Part shown: positions 19,757 to 29,648 of the stretch, in pieces
Numbering within the stretch: the first letter of the stretch is position 1
How the letters are laid out: each line of letters begins with the position of its first letter
Assembly: GCA_038867895.1 (NCBI GenBank)
Contig: JAWBXL010000004.1
Span: forward strand, 3,117 to 67,116
DNA length: 64,000 bases
Source of the DNA: Candidatus Bathyarchaeia archaeon
GTDB lineage: Archaea > Thermoproteota > Bathyarchaeia > Bathyarchaeales > DTEX01
Direction of reading: 5' to 3'
Translations under genes and position numbers: made by a program
Notes under the pieces: model-generated
Database searches by the model: none
What the model was told of the DNA's origin: nothing
The model's input: the letters and a program-made list of their open reading frames with translations, nothing else

Positions 19757-20767
19757 GTGACGGTGATGCTTGAAACTCTTATCTTGAGTGATGAGGAAGT
19801 TAGAGATCTCCTCTCGATGAGCGATGTTATGAGGGTTGTGGAGTTTGCCTTTAGAGAGAAGAGTCTTGGGCGCACCCAAATGCCCCCAAAGCTATACCTA
19901 ATTTTTGATAAGTATAATGGGGATCTAAGAGCCATGCCCTCATATATAGAAGCGATTGACGTGGTGGCAGTAAAAATAGTGAACTCGCATCCGGAGAATA
20001 GAGAGAAATATGGTTTGCCATCAGTTATTGCAACAATAATTCTAGTAGACCCAAAGAATGGCTTTCCATTAGCAGTTATGGGCGGGACAACTATAACGAA
20101 TATGCGGACTGGCGCCGCTGGCGGAATAGCCGCAAAATATCTCGCTAGAAATGAATCAAAGGTTATCAGTCTCATTGGGGCCGGTGCGCAGGCTAGAACC
20201 CAGCTCGCAGCCCTCATAGAAGTCTTCAAGTCATTAGATGAAGTTAGAGTCTGGGACATAAATGAGAAGAACATGAGAGCCTTTAAGGAGGAGATGGATG
20301 CGAAGTATGGGCACATATGCCAAATAAAGACTGTTAAAAATGCTGAGAACGCTGTTAGGGGGGCAGACATAGTTGTGACGGCAACGCCATCTAGGGCGCC
20401 AATAGTTATGGATGAGTGGGTCTCTCCAGGAATGCACTTTAATTGTATAGGCGCAGACGCGCCCGGCAAGGAGGAGCTGGATCCGCGTATTCTTAAGAGG
20501 TCTAAAATAGTTGTTGATGATTGGGAGCAGGCTGCCCATAGTGGTGAAATAAATGTGCCGTTAAGCATGGGGATTATCTCAAAGAGGGACGTGTGGGCGG
20601 AGCTTGGCGAGATAGTTGCCGGAAAGAAGCCTGGGAGAGCCGGAAAAGACGAGATAACAGTTTTTGTTTCAACTGGTCTTGCAATACAGGACGCTGCAAC
20701 TGCAGATCTCGCCTATAGGCGGGCACTGGAGAGAGGTGTCGGGAAAAGGGTTAGGATTGCTCTATAG
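19757..20767 (+). CDS. ornithine cyclodeaminase/mu-crystallin family protein (possibly archaeal alanine dehydrogenase)
   Basis: The Rossmann motif LIGAGAQARTQL and the overall OCD/mu-crystallin pattern. The antisense 282-aa ORF is judged a shadow. Confidence 0.7.
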   Translation: MTVMLETLILSDEEVRDLLSMSDVMRVVEFAFREKSLGRTQMPPKLYLIFDKYNGDLRAMPSYIEAIDVVAVKIVNSHPENREKYGLPSVIATIILVDPKNGFPLAVMGGTTITNMRTGAAGGIAAKYLARNESKVISLIGAGAQARTQLAALIEVFKSLDEVRVWDINEKNMRAFKEEMDAKYGHICQIKTVKNAENAVRGADIVVTATPSRAPIVMDEWVSPGMHFNCIGADAPGKEELDPRILKRSKIVVDDWEQAAHSGEINVPLSMGIISKRDVWAELGEIVAGKKPGRAGKDEITVFVSTGLAIQDAATADLAYRRALERGVGKRVRIAL

Positions 20768-20782
20768 GAAAAAAATAAAATC

Positions 20783-21050
20783 TCAGTAAACGTTACATGC
20801 TCTTCTTTTTCTTTCGCCTATCACAAGCAGTGTTTGCGCCCTGCTAAAGTGCTCTAGAACCTCACGACCTTTCTCCGTTAATTTATAGAGCCTTCGGCCA
20901 TTCTCCTCAATAACGCTAACAAGATTCTGCTTAAGGAGAGAATTTAAAATTTCCCTGGAGTTTTCCCAAGATAAATTGCACTTATACATAATATTTTATG
21001 GCCCTTAAAACATCTAAATATAATTCGAGCTTAGATCTCTTTTTAGCCAT
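20783..21050 (-). pseudogene. small winged-helix regulator (HTH_45-like) interrupted by one frameshift
   Basis: ATG 21050 has a strong GGTGAT SD and encodes MAKKRSKLELYLDVLRAIKYYV*. The rest of the wHTH (MYKCNLSWENSREILNSLLKQNLV...LTEKGREVL) continues in another frame from 20989. Confidence 0.5.
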
Positions 21051-21170
21051 CCTCATCACCAATTTATACGTTATTTAAATTTAACTTGAAGCTTGTGTAA
21101 CCAACATAAGCATACTGACGGTTACACCACAATCTTCTCTTTGAGGAGCACTCAGTATAGGTTCCCCTTT

Positions 21171-21934
21171 TCAATTCCTTAGATAGGTTTCCTCCCAAGT
21201 GCTCCAAAATATTCTGTTAAGGGCTTTTACTAAGACCGTGCAGTTCGTGTAGAGGGTGACTGGCTTCCCCATTCTTCCTTCATCACTAAATTTTGGTTCG
21301 AGAAATAGAAACAGCCTTTCATCGTCAGAAGTCATAAAAGATGGTATTTCATGAAGCCCGCACCCAATATATTTGACATGGCATCTCCTCAAATCTCTCG
21401 TAAAGAAGATGGCTCCAGGTGAATCTATAGCAATGAGCATCACTTTAACCCCTCTCCCGGCAGCTTCTTCTATAGAGTCTAATAGTCCAGCATAATAGAA
21501 CTTATATAAGTGATTCTCAAGGGCAAATATTCCGCATACCCTTCCTGTAGAAGCCTTAATGACGTCCTTCACTTTCAAGATGAGATTTTCATATCCCTCA
21601 AGAACCTGGAAAAATTCCTTTTTAGTTGGAGAGAGATCAATTTTAGGCAGAATCCTCAAGTGGCAGGGCGATGAACCTTAAAGGCTCTTCAAGTATGGCT
21701 GATACAAGCCCAATTTTCTGCAACTTCATCAGCACCTTATAGGTTTCAGCTATATTAAGCGAGAGAGCAGACGAGACCTCGCTGGCCTTTTTCTCCCTCC
21801 ACTCCTTGCAAGAAAAATATATACTCTAGCCTCATTCTTTGAGAGACCGAGATTAATTAGGGCTCTTTCGATCTCACCGATCCTCTTTTCGCCTGATTCA
21901 CCAGTCAGAATATTTTTTAATCTGTTTTTATCAT
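21171..21934 (-). pseudogene. TrmB-family transcriptional regulator disrupted by at least two frameshifts
   Basis: My translation finds the HTH split over two frames: ...ERALINLGLSKNEARVYIFLARSGG, then REKKASEVSSALSLNIAETYKVLMKLQKIGLVSAILEEPLRFIALP. The TrmB C-terminal domain is the track ORF 21171-21659 in a third frame. The breaks lie near 21786-21800 and 21655-21665. Confidence 0.6.
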
Positions 21935-22007
21935 GCCAACCCTTTATATATCCTTCCTTAGATAATTTTTAGAGAATCTGTGTACTAAAGAGCTTTGAGG
22001 GTTTTGA

Positions 22008-22976
22008 ATGGTGCCTAAGTGCAGGAGATGCCGTGTAAACGGGGCTGAAGTTTACTTAGCCCATTCAAACCTGAGCTTATGCCCAGACTGTTTTATGCTC
22101 CTAACGGAGAGAAGAGTGAGACATACAATTGAAGCATATAAGATGATCTCCAGAGATGATAAAATTGGGGTTGCGGTTTCCGGCGGGAAGGATAGCTCAA
22201 GCCTAGCATATATATTAAATAGCCTCTATAATAAACTGGATATGATTCTAATATACATTGATCTAGGTATGCCAGAATATTCCAAGCACTGTCTAGAAAA
22301 GGTTGAAGATCTTACTAAGATGCTTGGAAGGGAACTCGTTGTTTATAGTTTAGAAAAGGAAATGGGATTCACGATAATGAACCTTAAAAGCACAATTTAT
22401 GGCAGAAAACCGTGCTCCGCATGTGGAGCGATAAAGCGTTATCTATTTAATAAAATAGCATTTGATCTGGGATTAACGAAGATAGCTACTGGACATAACT
22501 TAGATGATACTGCTGAAGCCCTATTCAACTTTTACATTGAGGGGAACGTCAAGTCCCTCGTGAGACTTAAGCCATACCTGCCTAAAACACACCCAAAGAT
22601 AGTGCCAAAGATAAAACCCCTAATAGGCTTAACTGATATGGAGTGTCTCTTTTACGCCGAGTATAGAAGACTGCCAATAAGAACCCTAGAATGCCAGTTC
22701 TCCAGAGGCTCTAGATCAGTTAGGCGAAAAGAATTATTGAATATGATAGTGGAGAAAATACCAAATTTCAAGCATACCTTCATAAACTCTCACTATAAGA
22801 GGATTCTACCACTACTGGAGCAGGCTCTTAAGGATCAAGGGGAGACAGAAATATATGATTGCCCAGCCTGTGGGATGCCAACATCATTGAGGGGGGCTCC
22901 ATGCCACTTCTGTAAAATAGTTAGCCTAGCTAAGAGAGGAGAGATGAAACGGATAAAGTTGGAGGGCCCCCAATGA
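22008..22976 (+). CDS. second PP-loop tRNA thiolation ATPase (TtuA/Ncs6 family paralog)
   Basis: SGGKDS, N-terminal CRRC...CPDC, central CSACGAIKR, and C-terminal CPACG...CHFC. Confidence 0.75.
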   Translation: MVPKCRRCRVNGAEVYLAHSNLSLCPDCFMLLTERRVRHTIEAYKMISRDDKIGVAVSGGKDSSSLAYILNSLYNKLDMILIYIDLGMPEYSKHCLEKVEDLTKMLGRELVVYSLEKEMGFTIMNLKSTIYGRKPCSACGAIKRYLFNKIAFDLGLTKIATGHNLDDTAEALFNFYIEGNVKSLVRLKPYLPKTHPKIVPKIKPLIGLTDMECLFYAEYRRLPIRTLECQFSRGSRSVRRKELLNMIVEKIPNFKHTFINSHYKRILPLLEQALKDQGETEIYDCPACGMPTSLRGAPCHFCKIVSLAKRGEMKRIKLEGPQ

Positions 22977-22986
22977 ATTAAAGTGA

Positions 22987-23346
22987 TTATTTTTTGAGTC
23001 TCTCCGCCTCACTTAACCTATTGTGGAAGCAGGTTTCTTCGCCTAGATGGCATGCTGGCCCCCTTGGTCTAACAACATATAGTATTGCATCTGAATCACA
23101 GTCAACAAGTATATCCACAACTTCTTGAACGTTCCCGGAGGTCTCCCCTTTCATCATAACCCTTCCATGAGACCGCCTATAGTAATGCGCGTAACCGGTC
23201 TCAATAGTCTTTTGGATGGCTTCCTTATTCACGTAAGCCAGCGTTAAAACTCTCCCAGCGCTCTCATCCTGAACAACAACTGGAAGTATTCCTCCGCCCT
23301 TCTCAAAATCCAGCTCATCTATGCTTATGTTCTTCAGAACCCTCAT
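22987..23346 (-). CDS. hisI: phosphoribosyl-AMP cyclohydrolase (monofunctional HisI)
   Basis: [26 protein letters not shown] and [12 protein letters not shown] motifs. At 119 aa there is no HisE domain. Confidence 0.85.
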   Translation of the reverse strand: MRVLKNISIDELDFEKGGGILPVVVQDESAGRVLTLAYVNKEAIQKTIETGYAHYYRRSHGRVMMKGETSGNVQEVVDILVDCDSDAILYVVRPRGPACHLGEETCFHNRLSEAERLKK

Positions 23347-24161
23347 AACCTAACAGGCACACCCCTCTCGCGGAGATACCGTTTAATGACTGGTATTGGA
23401 TATTTGCTGTAATGGAAGACTGAGGCGGCTAGAGCTGCATCAGCCCTCCCAGCAGTAAATGCCTCTAGAAAATGCTCGGGTTTACCAGCCCCACCGCTCG
23501 CGATGACGGGTATGTTGACGCGCTCAGAAATGCTTCTAGTTAATTCAATGTCATAGCCGAACTCTGTTCCATCCCTATCCATTGATGTAAGCAGTATCTC
23601 TCCAGCGCCCAATCTTTCTCCTCTCATAGCCCAATCAATGGCGTCTATGCCAGTTGGCTTCCGCCCGCCATAGATATAAACCTCAAACCAGCATGGCCCC
23701 TCAGAAGTATCAACGACATTTCTATCTGACCTCCGCTCATATCTTCTCTTCGCATCTATTGCTAGGACCACGCATTGCGATCCAAATGTCTCCGCGAGCT
23801 CTTTAATGAACTCTGGTCTCTCAACGGCCGCCGTGTTAACTGAGATCTTGTCGGCGCCATTAGATAGGACTGTATAGGCATCTTCAAGGCTCCTTATTCC
23901 GCCGCCAACGGTAAATGGTATATTTATCTCTGAGGCAACGGCCCTTACAACATCCTTTAAAATTTTTCTCTTCTCAGCCGACGCGGTTATATCAAGGAAG
24001 ACCATCTCATCAGCCCCATCATCACGGTATCTCCTAGCCATCTCAACGGGGTCTCCGGCATCCCTCAAGCCAACAAAATTTATACCCTTAACAACCCTCC
24101 CATGATCAACGTCTAGACACGGTATTATACGCTTAACCAAAACCATTTCAGGGCACCACAA
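23343..24161 (-). CDS. hisF: imidazole glycerol phosphate synthase cyclase subunit
   Basis: [16 protein letters not shown] and ASGGAG. Confidence 0.95.
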   Translation of the reverse strand: MWCPEMVLVKRIIPCLDVDHGRVVKGINFVGLRDAGDPVEMARRYRDDGADEMVFLDITASAEKRKILKDVVRAVASEINIPFTVGGGIRSLEDAYTVLSNGADKISVNTAAVERPEFIKELAETFGSQCVVLAIDAKRRYERRSDRNVVDTSEGPCWFEVYIYGGRKPTGIDAIDWAMRGERLGAGEILLTSMDRDGTEFGYDIELTRSISERVNIPVIASGGAGKPEHFLEAFTAGRADAALAASVFHYSKYPIPVIKRYLRERGVPVRL

Positions 24162-24170
24162 GATAGTACT

Positions 24171-24890
24171 TCATTTAGAGGAAACTTTTAAAGCTTCCTT
24201 TAGGCTGAAGCAGCCCTCATAGAGCGCCCTACCCACGATGACCCCGTAAAGGCCGAGGTTCTTCAGTAACATTAAGTCTTCTAGGCTTCTAACTCCACCG
24301 GATGCTATTATATTGGCGCCAAGATCCAGAATTTTAGAGAGGTTCTCAACGTCCGTTCCAGTGAGCAAGCCATCACGCTGAATTGATGTTACCAAGAGAA
24401 ATTTTACGCCCATATCCACAAATTTTTTCGCAGCCCTCCTAAGATCAATACCCGTCTGTTCCCTCCAGCCATCTGTCATAACCCTTCCCTCCACGTGATC
24501 CAGGGCGACAACAATCCTACTATAGCCGAGCTCCTTCAGGAGGGTTTCAAAAGTTTCTGGGCTTTTGAAGGCTAATGATCCGATCACGACCCTACTGGCC
24601 CCAAGATCAATTAGTTGGCGCGCCCGATGAACATTTCTTACTCCACCGCCAACCTGAACAGGAATTTTCAGGGCCCGGATAATATCGCCTATAACACTGA
24701 TGTTATCACCCCTTCCAAGGGCAGAATCCAAGTCAACTATGTGGATTAGCTGCGCACCCTCCGACTCCCACATCTTGGCGATCGCTACCGGGTCGCCGAG
24801 GCGATCATAGAATAATATGTGTTTGGGATCCCCCCTCAACAGCCTAACGACTCTGCCACCCATTAAATCAACTGATGGTATAACGAGCAA
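24171..24890 (-). CDS. hisA: ProFAR isomerase
   Basis: IPSVDLMGGRVVRL and a (beta/alpha)8 HisA pattern. Confidence 0.9.
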   Translation of the reverse strand: MLVIPSVDLMGGRVVRLLRGDPKHILFYDRLGDPVAIAKMWESEGAQLIHIVDLDSALGRGDNISVIGDIIRALKIPVQVGGGVRNVHRARQLIDLGASRVVIGSLAFKSPETFETLLKELGYSRIVVALDHVEGRVMTDGWREQTGIDLRRAAKKFVDMGVKFLLVTSIQRDGLLTGTDVENLSKILDLGANIIASGGVRSLEDLMLLKNLGLYGVIVGRALYEGCFSLKEALKVSSK

Positions 24891-24905
24891 GAATAATCAC
24901 CTAAG

Positions 24906-25508
24906 CTAATGCTTGATTATCTTCACGAAATTTCTTATAATTTGCTCGCCCGGCTTCTCCGACTTCTCCGGGTGGAACTGAACTCCGAAAATGTTTCCGC
25001 TGAAGATGACTGATGGAAAATTTACACCATATTCTGTTTCCGCGGCAACTATATCTTTATTCTCTGGAGAAACATAATAGCTATGGGCGAAGTAAAAGTA
25101 GTCTTTCTCGTCTATTCCGTCCAGAATCGGGGTCTGCTTAATTATCTTAAGGTTGTTCCAACCCATGTGGGGAACCTTGACAAATCTAGGGAGCCTAACA
25201 ACCCGACCAGAAAATATGCCCAACCCCTCTCCAAAGCCTTCATCACTCCCCCAAAAAAGAACCTGCACGCCAAGACATATCCCAAGAACTGGAACCTGAT
25301 CATCGAAGATAAGATTTAAGAGAACATCTTTAATCTTTCTGATCTTCTCGGAGCCAGCCATAAAGTTTCCAACTCCGGGGAGAACTATCCCACTAGATTT
25401 TTTCAGATCATTAGCGTCAAAGCATATTTTTACCTCGCAGCCGATCCTTTCAAGGGAACGCTTCACGCTAAAGAGGTTTCCAATGCCATAATCTACTATT
25501 GTAATCAT
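24906..25508 (-). CDS. hisH: imidazole glycerol phosphate synthase glutaminase subunit
   Basis: The GATase class I pattern VLGICLGVQ (Cys nucleophile) and FHPEKS. Confidence 0.9.
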   Translation of the reverse strand: MITIVDYGIGNLFSVKRSLERIGCEVKICFDANDLKKSSGIVLPGVGNFMAGSEKIRKIKDVLLNLIFDDQVPVLGICLGVQVLFWGSDEGFGEGLGIFSGRVVRLPRFVKVPHMGWNNLKIIKQTPILDGIDEKDYFYFAHSYYVSPENKDIVAAETEYGVNFPSVIFSGNIFGVQFHPEKSEKPGEQIIRNFVKIIKH

Positions 25509-26083
25509 TACAGGGCACCCTTTGAGCTCGGTATGCCATCTCTCTCAACATCAATTGATACTGCCTGTCTAAGGGATAGGGCGAGGGCCTTGAAGGCCGC
25601 CTCAACCTTATGGTGGTCATTTAATCCATACTGAACCCAGACATGCATATTTGCTCTGAGGGAGTTCGCCAGGGTTTCTAGGAAGTGATATATATCCTCG
25701 CACCGCATATCCTCGACATTCCTCCCCTCAAGCTTAAGATCTATCTTTGGGTAGGGCCTATTGGAGAGATCGATTGCTGCGAAGGCTAATGAGCAGTCCA
25801 TTGGGACTATAGCGTATCCAAATCTCCTTATGCCGGCATGGTCTCCGAGAGCCCTCTTCAATGCCTCGCCTAAGCACATGGCTACATCCTCAATAATGTG
25901 GTGGCTTAGGTCGCCCCTAGCCTCAACGTATAAATCTATTAGACTATGGGTTGCCAGAGACCTGAGCATGTGATCTAAAAATGATATGCCAGTATTAACG
26001 CTCGCGGAGCCAGATCCATCCAGCCTAACGCTAACTTTAACCTCGGTCTCGGCGGTTCTCCTATAATAATCTGCCTCCCTCAA
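25508..26083 (-). CDS. hisB: imidazoleglycerol-phosphate dehydratase (dehydratase-only form)
   Basis: RTAETEVKVSV, HHIIEDVA and DHHKVEAAFKA. At 191 aa there is no fused phosphatase domain. Confidence 0.9.
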   Translation of the reverse strand: MREADYYRRTAETEVKVSVRLDGSGSASVNTGISFLDHMLRSLATHSLIDLYVEARGDLSHHIIEDVAMCLGEALKRALGDHAGIRRFGYAIVPMDCSLAFAAIDLSNRPYPKIDLKLEGRNVEDMRCEDIYHFLETLANSLRANMHVWVQYGLNDHHKVEAAFKALALSLRQAVSIDVERDGIPSSKGAL

Positions 26084-27270
26084 ACTCTCATTCTCCTGAC
26101 GGCCTCAATTATGAATGGTATTTCATTAGCGGATGGAGAAATAATATCACAGCCAAATTTAAGGAATTCCCCCAGAGCTTTATCCCGCGCGCCCGTGTAC
26201 ATATATACTCCGGCAAATATAAACCTTGGATCCAACTTATTAGCCCTATCAACTGTTAGGGCGTCCTCCATCGAGTCGCCTACATAAAGAGCCATTCTGA
26301 AGGGCTCTAGACCCCATGCTGACTTAAACAGCGGGTATGGATTGGGCTTTCTGAGACCAACCTTTAATAAACCCCTATTCAGGTATTCGCCCTCAATCTT
26401 CTCTATATCATCTAAGAAGACCAGCGCCTTTTGGTTAAAGAGGTCTAGAAGGAAACCAAGAACATATTTTGCGGGAGCAAATCTGCTTCCTGAAACTATC
26501 CCAAACCTAGCCCCGCTAATAAGCGTGGATAGCCTGCTGAAAGTCTCGGGATTAATTATGATCTTACTGTTATTTATTGTTCCAAGACCATAGAAGAACC
26601 TCGGCTCAATACCATACATTTTCCTAAAAAGTTCCGCCCCGCAAAAAATCTCCTCAAACACCGTCGTAATAACGCTCTCGCCAACCCGCTTTGAACCATA
26701 GAGGAAATCCTTTAAGAGAAAATAGATTTCCTTAGGAGTATTTTTTGAGGAGAAGATCGCCCTATCAACCGAGTTTACTCCAGTCTCATCAAGCATTAGA
26801 GTGAATTTTTTAAGATTCTCAGATAAAATTTTGACGTCAAAATTTATGTTTTCTCCATATGTTTTCTCTTTTATCGTCTTGATACGTTCAGCGACACCTT
26901 TTTCATGCCTGAGAAGCCCCACCATCTCAGTAAGCTCTCTTAGAAACTTTATTGGCATCTCACATAGCAGGAACATGAGTATGCCATAAGCTATGTCACA
27001 ATCATCGTTAAATCCCCCGCTTCTCCTAAAAAGAAATATTATTTCATCAGAGACCAATTCCTCTGGGATGAGGTGGCCCGTAAGCGCCTCAAATATCCAT
27101 TTAACAGTTTTTGATATCGCTTTATCGTAGGTTTCCCTCACATCTATTAGGACGCCGTCGCAATCGAATATTACCGCGTCTATTCTCTTAATATCCTTTA
27201 GCTTACTTTCCTTAACATAGGCATCGCCGAGATCGAATCCTATCCTAATATACTCTTTAGGCGCCTCCAT
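26080..27270 (-). CDS. HAD-superfamily hydrolase with oversized cap, embedded in the his operon (candidate histidinol-phosphate phosphatase)
   Basis: HAD motifs are FDCDGVLID (D36/D38), VSGS (~260), GLRKPNP and YVGDSMED. It overlaps hisC by 14 nt and hisB by 4 nt. Confidence 0.7.
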   Translation of the reverse strand: MEAPKEYIRIGFDLGDAYVKESKLKDIKRIDAVIFDCDGVLIDVRETYDKAISKTVKWIFEALTGHLIPEELVSDEIIFLFRRSGGFNDDCDIAYGILMFLLCEMPIKFLRELTEMVGLLRHEKGVAERIKTIKEKTYGENINFDVKILSENLKKFTLMLDETGVNSVDRAIFSSKNTPKEIYFLLKDFLYGSKRVGESVITTVFEEIFCGAELFRKMYGIEPRFFYGLGTINNSKIIINPETFSRLSTLISGARFGIVSGSRFAPAKYVLGFLLDLFNQKALVFLDDIEKIEGEYLNRGLLKVGLRKPNPYPLFKSAWGLEPFRMALYVGDSMEDALTVDRANKLDPRFIFAGVYMYTGARDKALGEFLKFGCDIISPSANEIPFIIEAVRRMRV

Positions 27271-28375
27271 GCATAACCTCCCTAAGCTCCTTGATGAAGC
27301 GCTCCATCATATGGCTTGGGGCAACAGTAACCCTTAAACAATTATTGAAGCTCAGCACCTGACCAATATTCCTTATAATGACACCCTTCTCCAAGAGATT
27401 CTTGTATACGGCTAAGGAATCTCTATCCACCTGAAATAGCACAAAATTTGTTTCGGAGGGGAATGCCCTCACGCCCACAATATTGTTGAGCGCGGTTATG
27501 AGATTAGCTCTCTCCCGCCTAATAGCGCTAATCGTTTCTACTATTTCATCCCATCGTTCAAGCATCTTAGCCGCCGCCTTAAGCGCTACCGTCGAGACGG
27601 AGTATGGCATCTGAAATCTCTCCTCAATAACCCTGGCGAGCCTCCTATTGGCCACGGCATAGCCAACCCTCAAGCCCGCTAAGCCAAATGTCTTAGAAAA
27701 TGTTCTGAAAACTATTAGATTGCTAAGATCCAGCGCGGCGTCGGCCAATGTTGCGCCGGCAAAGTCGGCGTAAGTTTCATCTACCGCCACAGGCCCATCA
27801 AATCTTCCGGCCAGATCCAGTATATCCTCTCGCCTAAGCTGGTTAGCCGTGGGATTATTTGGTGAGCATAAGAAAATGATTCTTAATCTTGAAGTAGCCG
27901 CGGACAACATCGAATTAACGTCTAGGGAGAAGTCGTCTTTTAGCGGTATTCTCCTATAGTCGGCTCCCTGAATCCTAACGCAGCGCTCATAAATAGAGAA
28001 GGTTGGCTCTATTGACAGCGCCTCATCTCCATCCCTAAGAAAGATCCTTGAAACAAGGTCTATCAGCTGATCGCTCCCAGCCCCAATCACTATACATTCC
28101 TCTGGAACACCGATGAAATTGCTTATAGCCTTCTTCAGGAAACCATATTCATCTCGGGGGTATATTCTCGGATCAGCCTCCTCGATAACCTGCCTTAAAA
28201 CATCCTTTAGAAGGTCGAGTGGCACAAAAAAGTTCTCATTTGAGTTAAGCTTAAGTATTTCATCGGGCTTTCTCCTAAGTTTTAAGGCTAAACCCTCAAT
28301 TGTTTCTCCAACATCATATATGCTTAGGCTCCGAGCCTCGCCAATAGTCTCCTCAATAATCTTTTTTCCAGTCAA
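27257..28375 (-). CDS. hisC: histidinol-phosphate aminotransferase
   Basis: CSPNNPT and FSKTFGLAGLRVGY (PLP lysine). Confidence 0.9.
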   Translation of the reverse strand: MTGKKIIEETIGEARSLSIYDVGETIEGLALKLRRKPDEILKLNSNENFFVPLDLLKDVLRQVIEEADPRIYPRDEYGFLKKAISNFIGVPEECIVIGAGSDQLIDLVSRIFLRDGDEALSIEPTFSIYERCVRIQGADYRRIPLKDDFSLDVNSMLSAATSRLRIIFLCSPNNPTANQLRREDILDLAGRFDGPVAVDETYADFAGATLADAALDLSNLIVFRTFSKTFGLAGLRVGYAVANRRLARVIEERFQMPYSVSTVALKAAAKMLERWDEIVETISAIRRERANLITALNNIVGVRAFPSETNFVLFQVDRDSLAVYKNLLEKGVIIRNIGQVLSFNNCLRVTVAPSHMMERFIKELREVMHGGA

Positions 28376-29646
28376 CCCTTAACCCTCTCGCCTATAGCTA
28401 ATGCATGATTTACTAGGCCCTCGCTCTCAGCCATGGTTATAGCGCTCTCCGATAATTTTCTCAAAGCCTCCTGGGGGCACTCGGCAATAACAGTAAATTT
28501 AATGAAGTTTAGGACTGAGAGGGGCTGATAAACGTGGCCGTATCCACCTGTTGGGATCACATGGTTTGTTCCTAAGCAGTAATCGCTTATGGGTGCTGGC
28601 GACGAGCCGCCGATCAATATTAGCCCAGCAGAATAAACTTCCATGGATAATCTATGAGCATCCTCAGCGATTATTTCCAGGTGCTCCGGAGCAAAATTGT
28701 TTATGAATTTTATGGCCTCGTTCATGTCATCTGCAGTCAGCAATAATATATCTCCGTTCAGCCGGGCATCTTTAACCAAGCATTTTATATTCTCATACAC
28801 ACACTCAGCCAATCTTGATGACGCGGTAACTAGAATGGCTATGCTTCCGGGACCATGCTCCATCTGGGATGCTAGGTCTAATGCAACATGATATGGATTG
28901 GCGGTCTCATCCGCTAAAACCATTATCTCGCTTGGACCAGCTGGATGATCAATTGGAACATCCCGGGAAACCAGCAGTTTGGCGGCCATAACATACTGAT
29001 TTCCTGGCCCAACAATCTTTTTAACTGGTTTGATGCTCTCTGTTCCATAAGCCATTGCGGCTATGGCTTGTGCCCCTCCAACTCTGTAGACTTCATTTAC
29101 ACCGCATATGTCGGCTGCCACAAGGGTTAAAGGGTGAACCCCACCGTTTTTTGATGGGGGGGTGCAAACAATAACCCTTGATACGCCTGCAACCTTTGCT
29201 GGGATAACTGCCATCATGAGTGTGCTTGGGTATGGAAATCTTCCTCCCGGCACATAGCAGCCTATGCTCTCAATAGGCTTTGGTCTCCAGCACACCTTAA
29301 CGCCTAGTTCATCAGTATACTCGAAATTCATTTTAGAGAGGAGATTCCTCTCAACATCATATATTCTCTTTTTAGCGGTCTCAAGCGCCGATATCTGCTT
29401 CTCGCTAACCATGCCATAAGCTTCCATGATCTCTTTTGGGTTAACCCTAAGCCTATCAGCATTCAATTTGACTCCATCAAATTTTTCGGTGAGCTCTATT
29501 AGGGCTTGGTCACCCCGCTCCCTAACGTTTTTGATTATCCCCTCAATATAGCTCAGTAATTCATTGTTTAGGATCCTCTTTCTTGGCCACCTATTCCTCA
29601 GGAGAATCTCCTGCATCTCGTTAAGCCTCATTATCTTCGCTGGCAA
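28372..29646 (-). CDS. hisD: histidinol dehydrogenase
   Basis: GPGNQYVMAAK, QMEHG and the overall HisD pattern. Confidence 0.95.
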   Translation of the reverse strand: MPAKIMRLNEMQEILLRNRWPRKRILNNELLSYIEGIIKNVRERGDQALIELTEKFDGVKLNADRLRVNPKEIMEAYGMVSEKQISALETAKKRIYDVERNLLSKMNFEYTDELGVKVCWRPKPIESIGCYVPGGRFPYPSTLMMAVIPAKVAGVSRVIVCTPPSKNGGVHPLTLVAADICGVNEVYRVGGAQAIAAMAYGTESIKPVKKIVGPGNQYVMAAKLLVSRDVPIDHPAGPSEIMVLADETANPYHVALDLASQMEHGPGSIAILVTASSRLAECVYENIKCLVKDARLNGDILLLTADDMNEAIKFINNFAPEHLEIIAEDAHRLSMEVYSAGLILIGGSSPAPISDYCLGTNHVIPTGGYGHVYQPLSVLNFIKFTVIAECPQEALRKLSESAITMAESEGLVNHALAIGERVKG

Positions 29647-29648
29647 CT

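Noticed and set aside
19720-20568. 282-aa minus-strand ORF
   Set aside because: It is antisense to the well-supported OCD/mu-crystallin-family gene. It has Ser/Ile/Phe-rich shadow-frame composition and no recognisable motifs.
20984-20990. Programmed ribosomal frameshifting at CCATAAAATATTATGTATAA in the wHTH gene
   Set aside because: There is no convincing slippery heptamer plus downstream structure. Three other nearby accessory genes are also broken, some multiple times. Decay or indel error is the simpler explanation.
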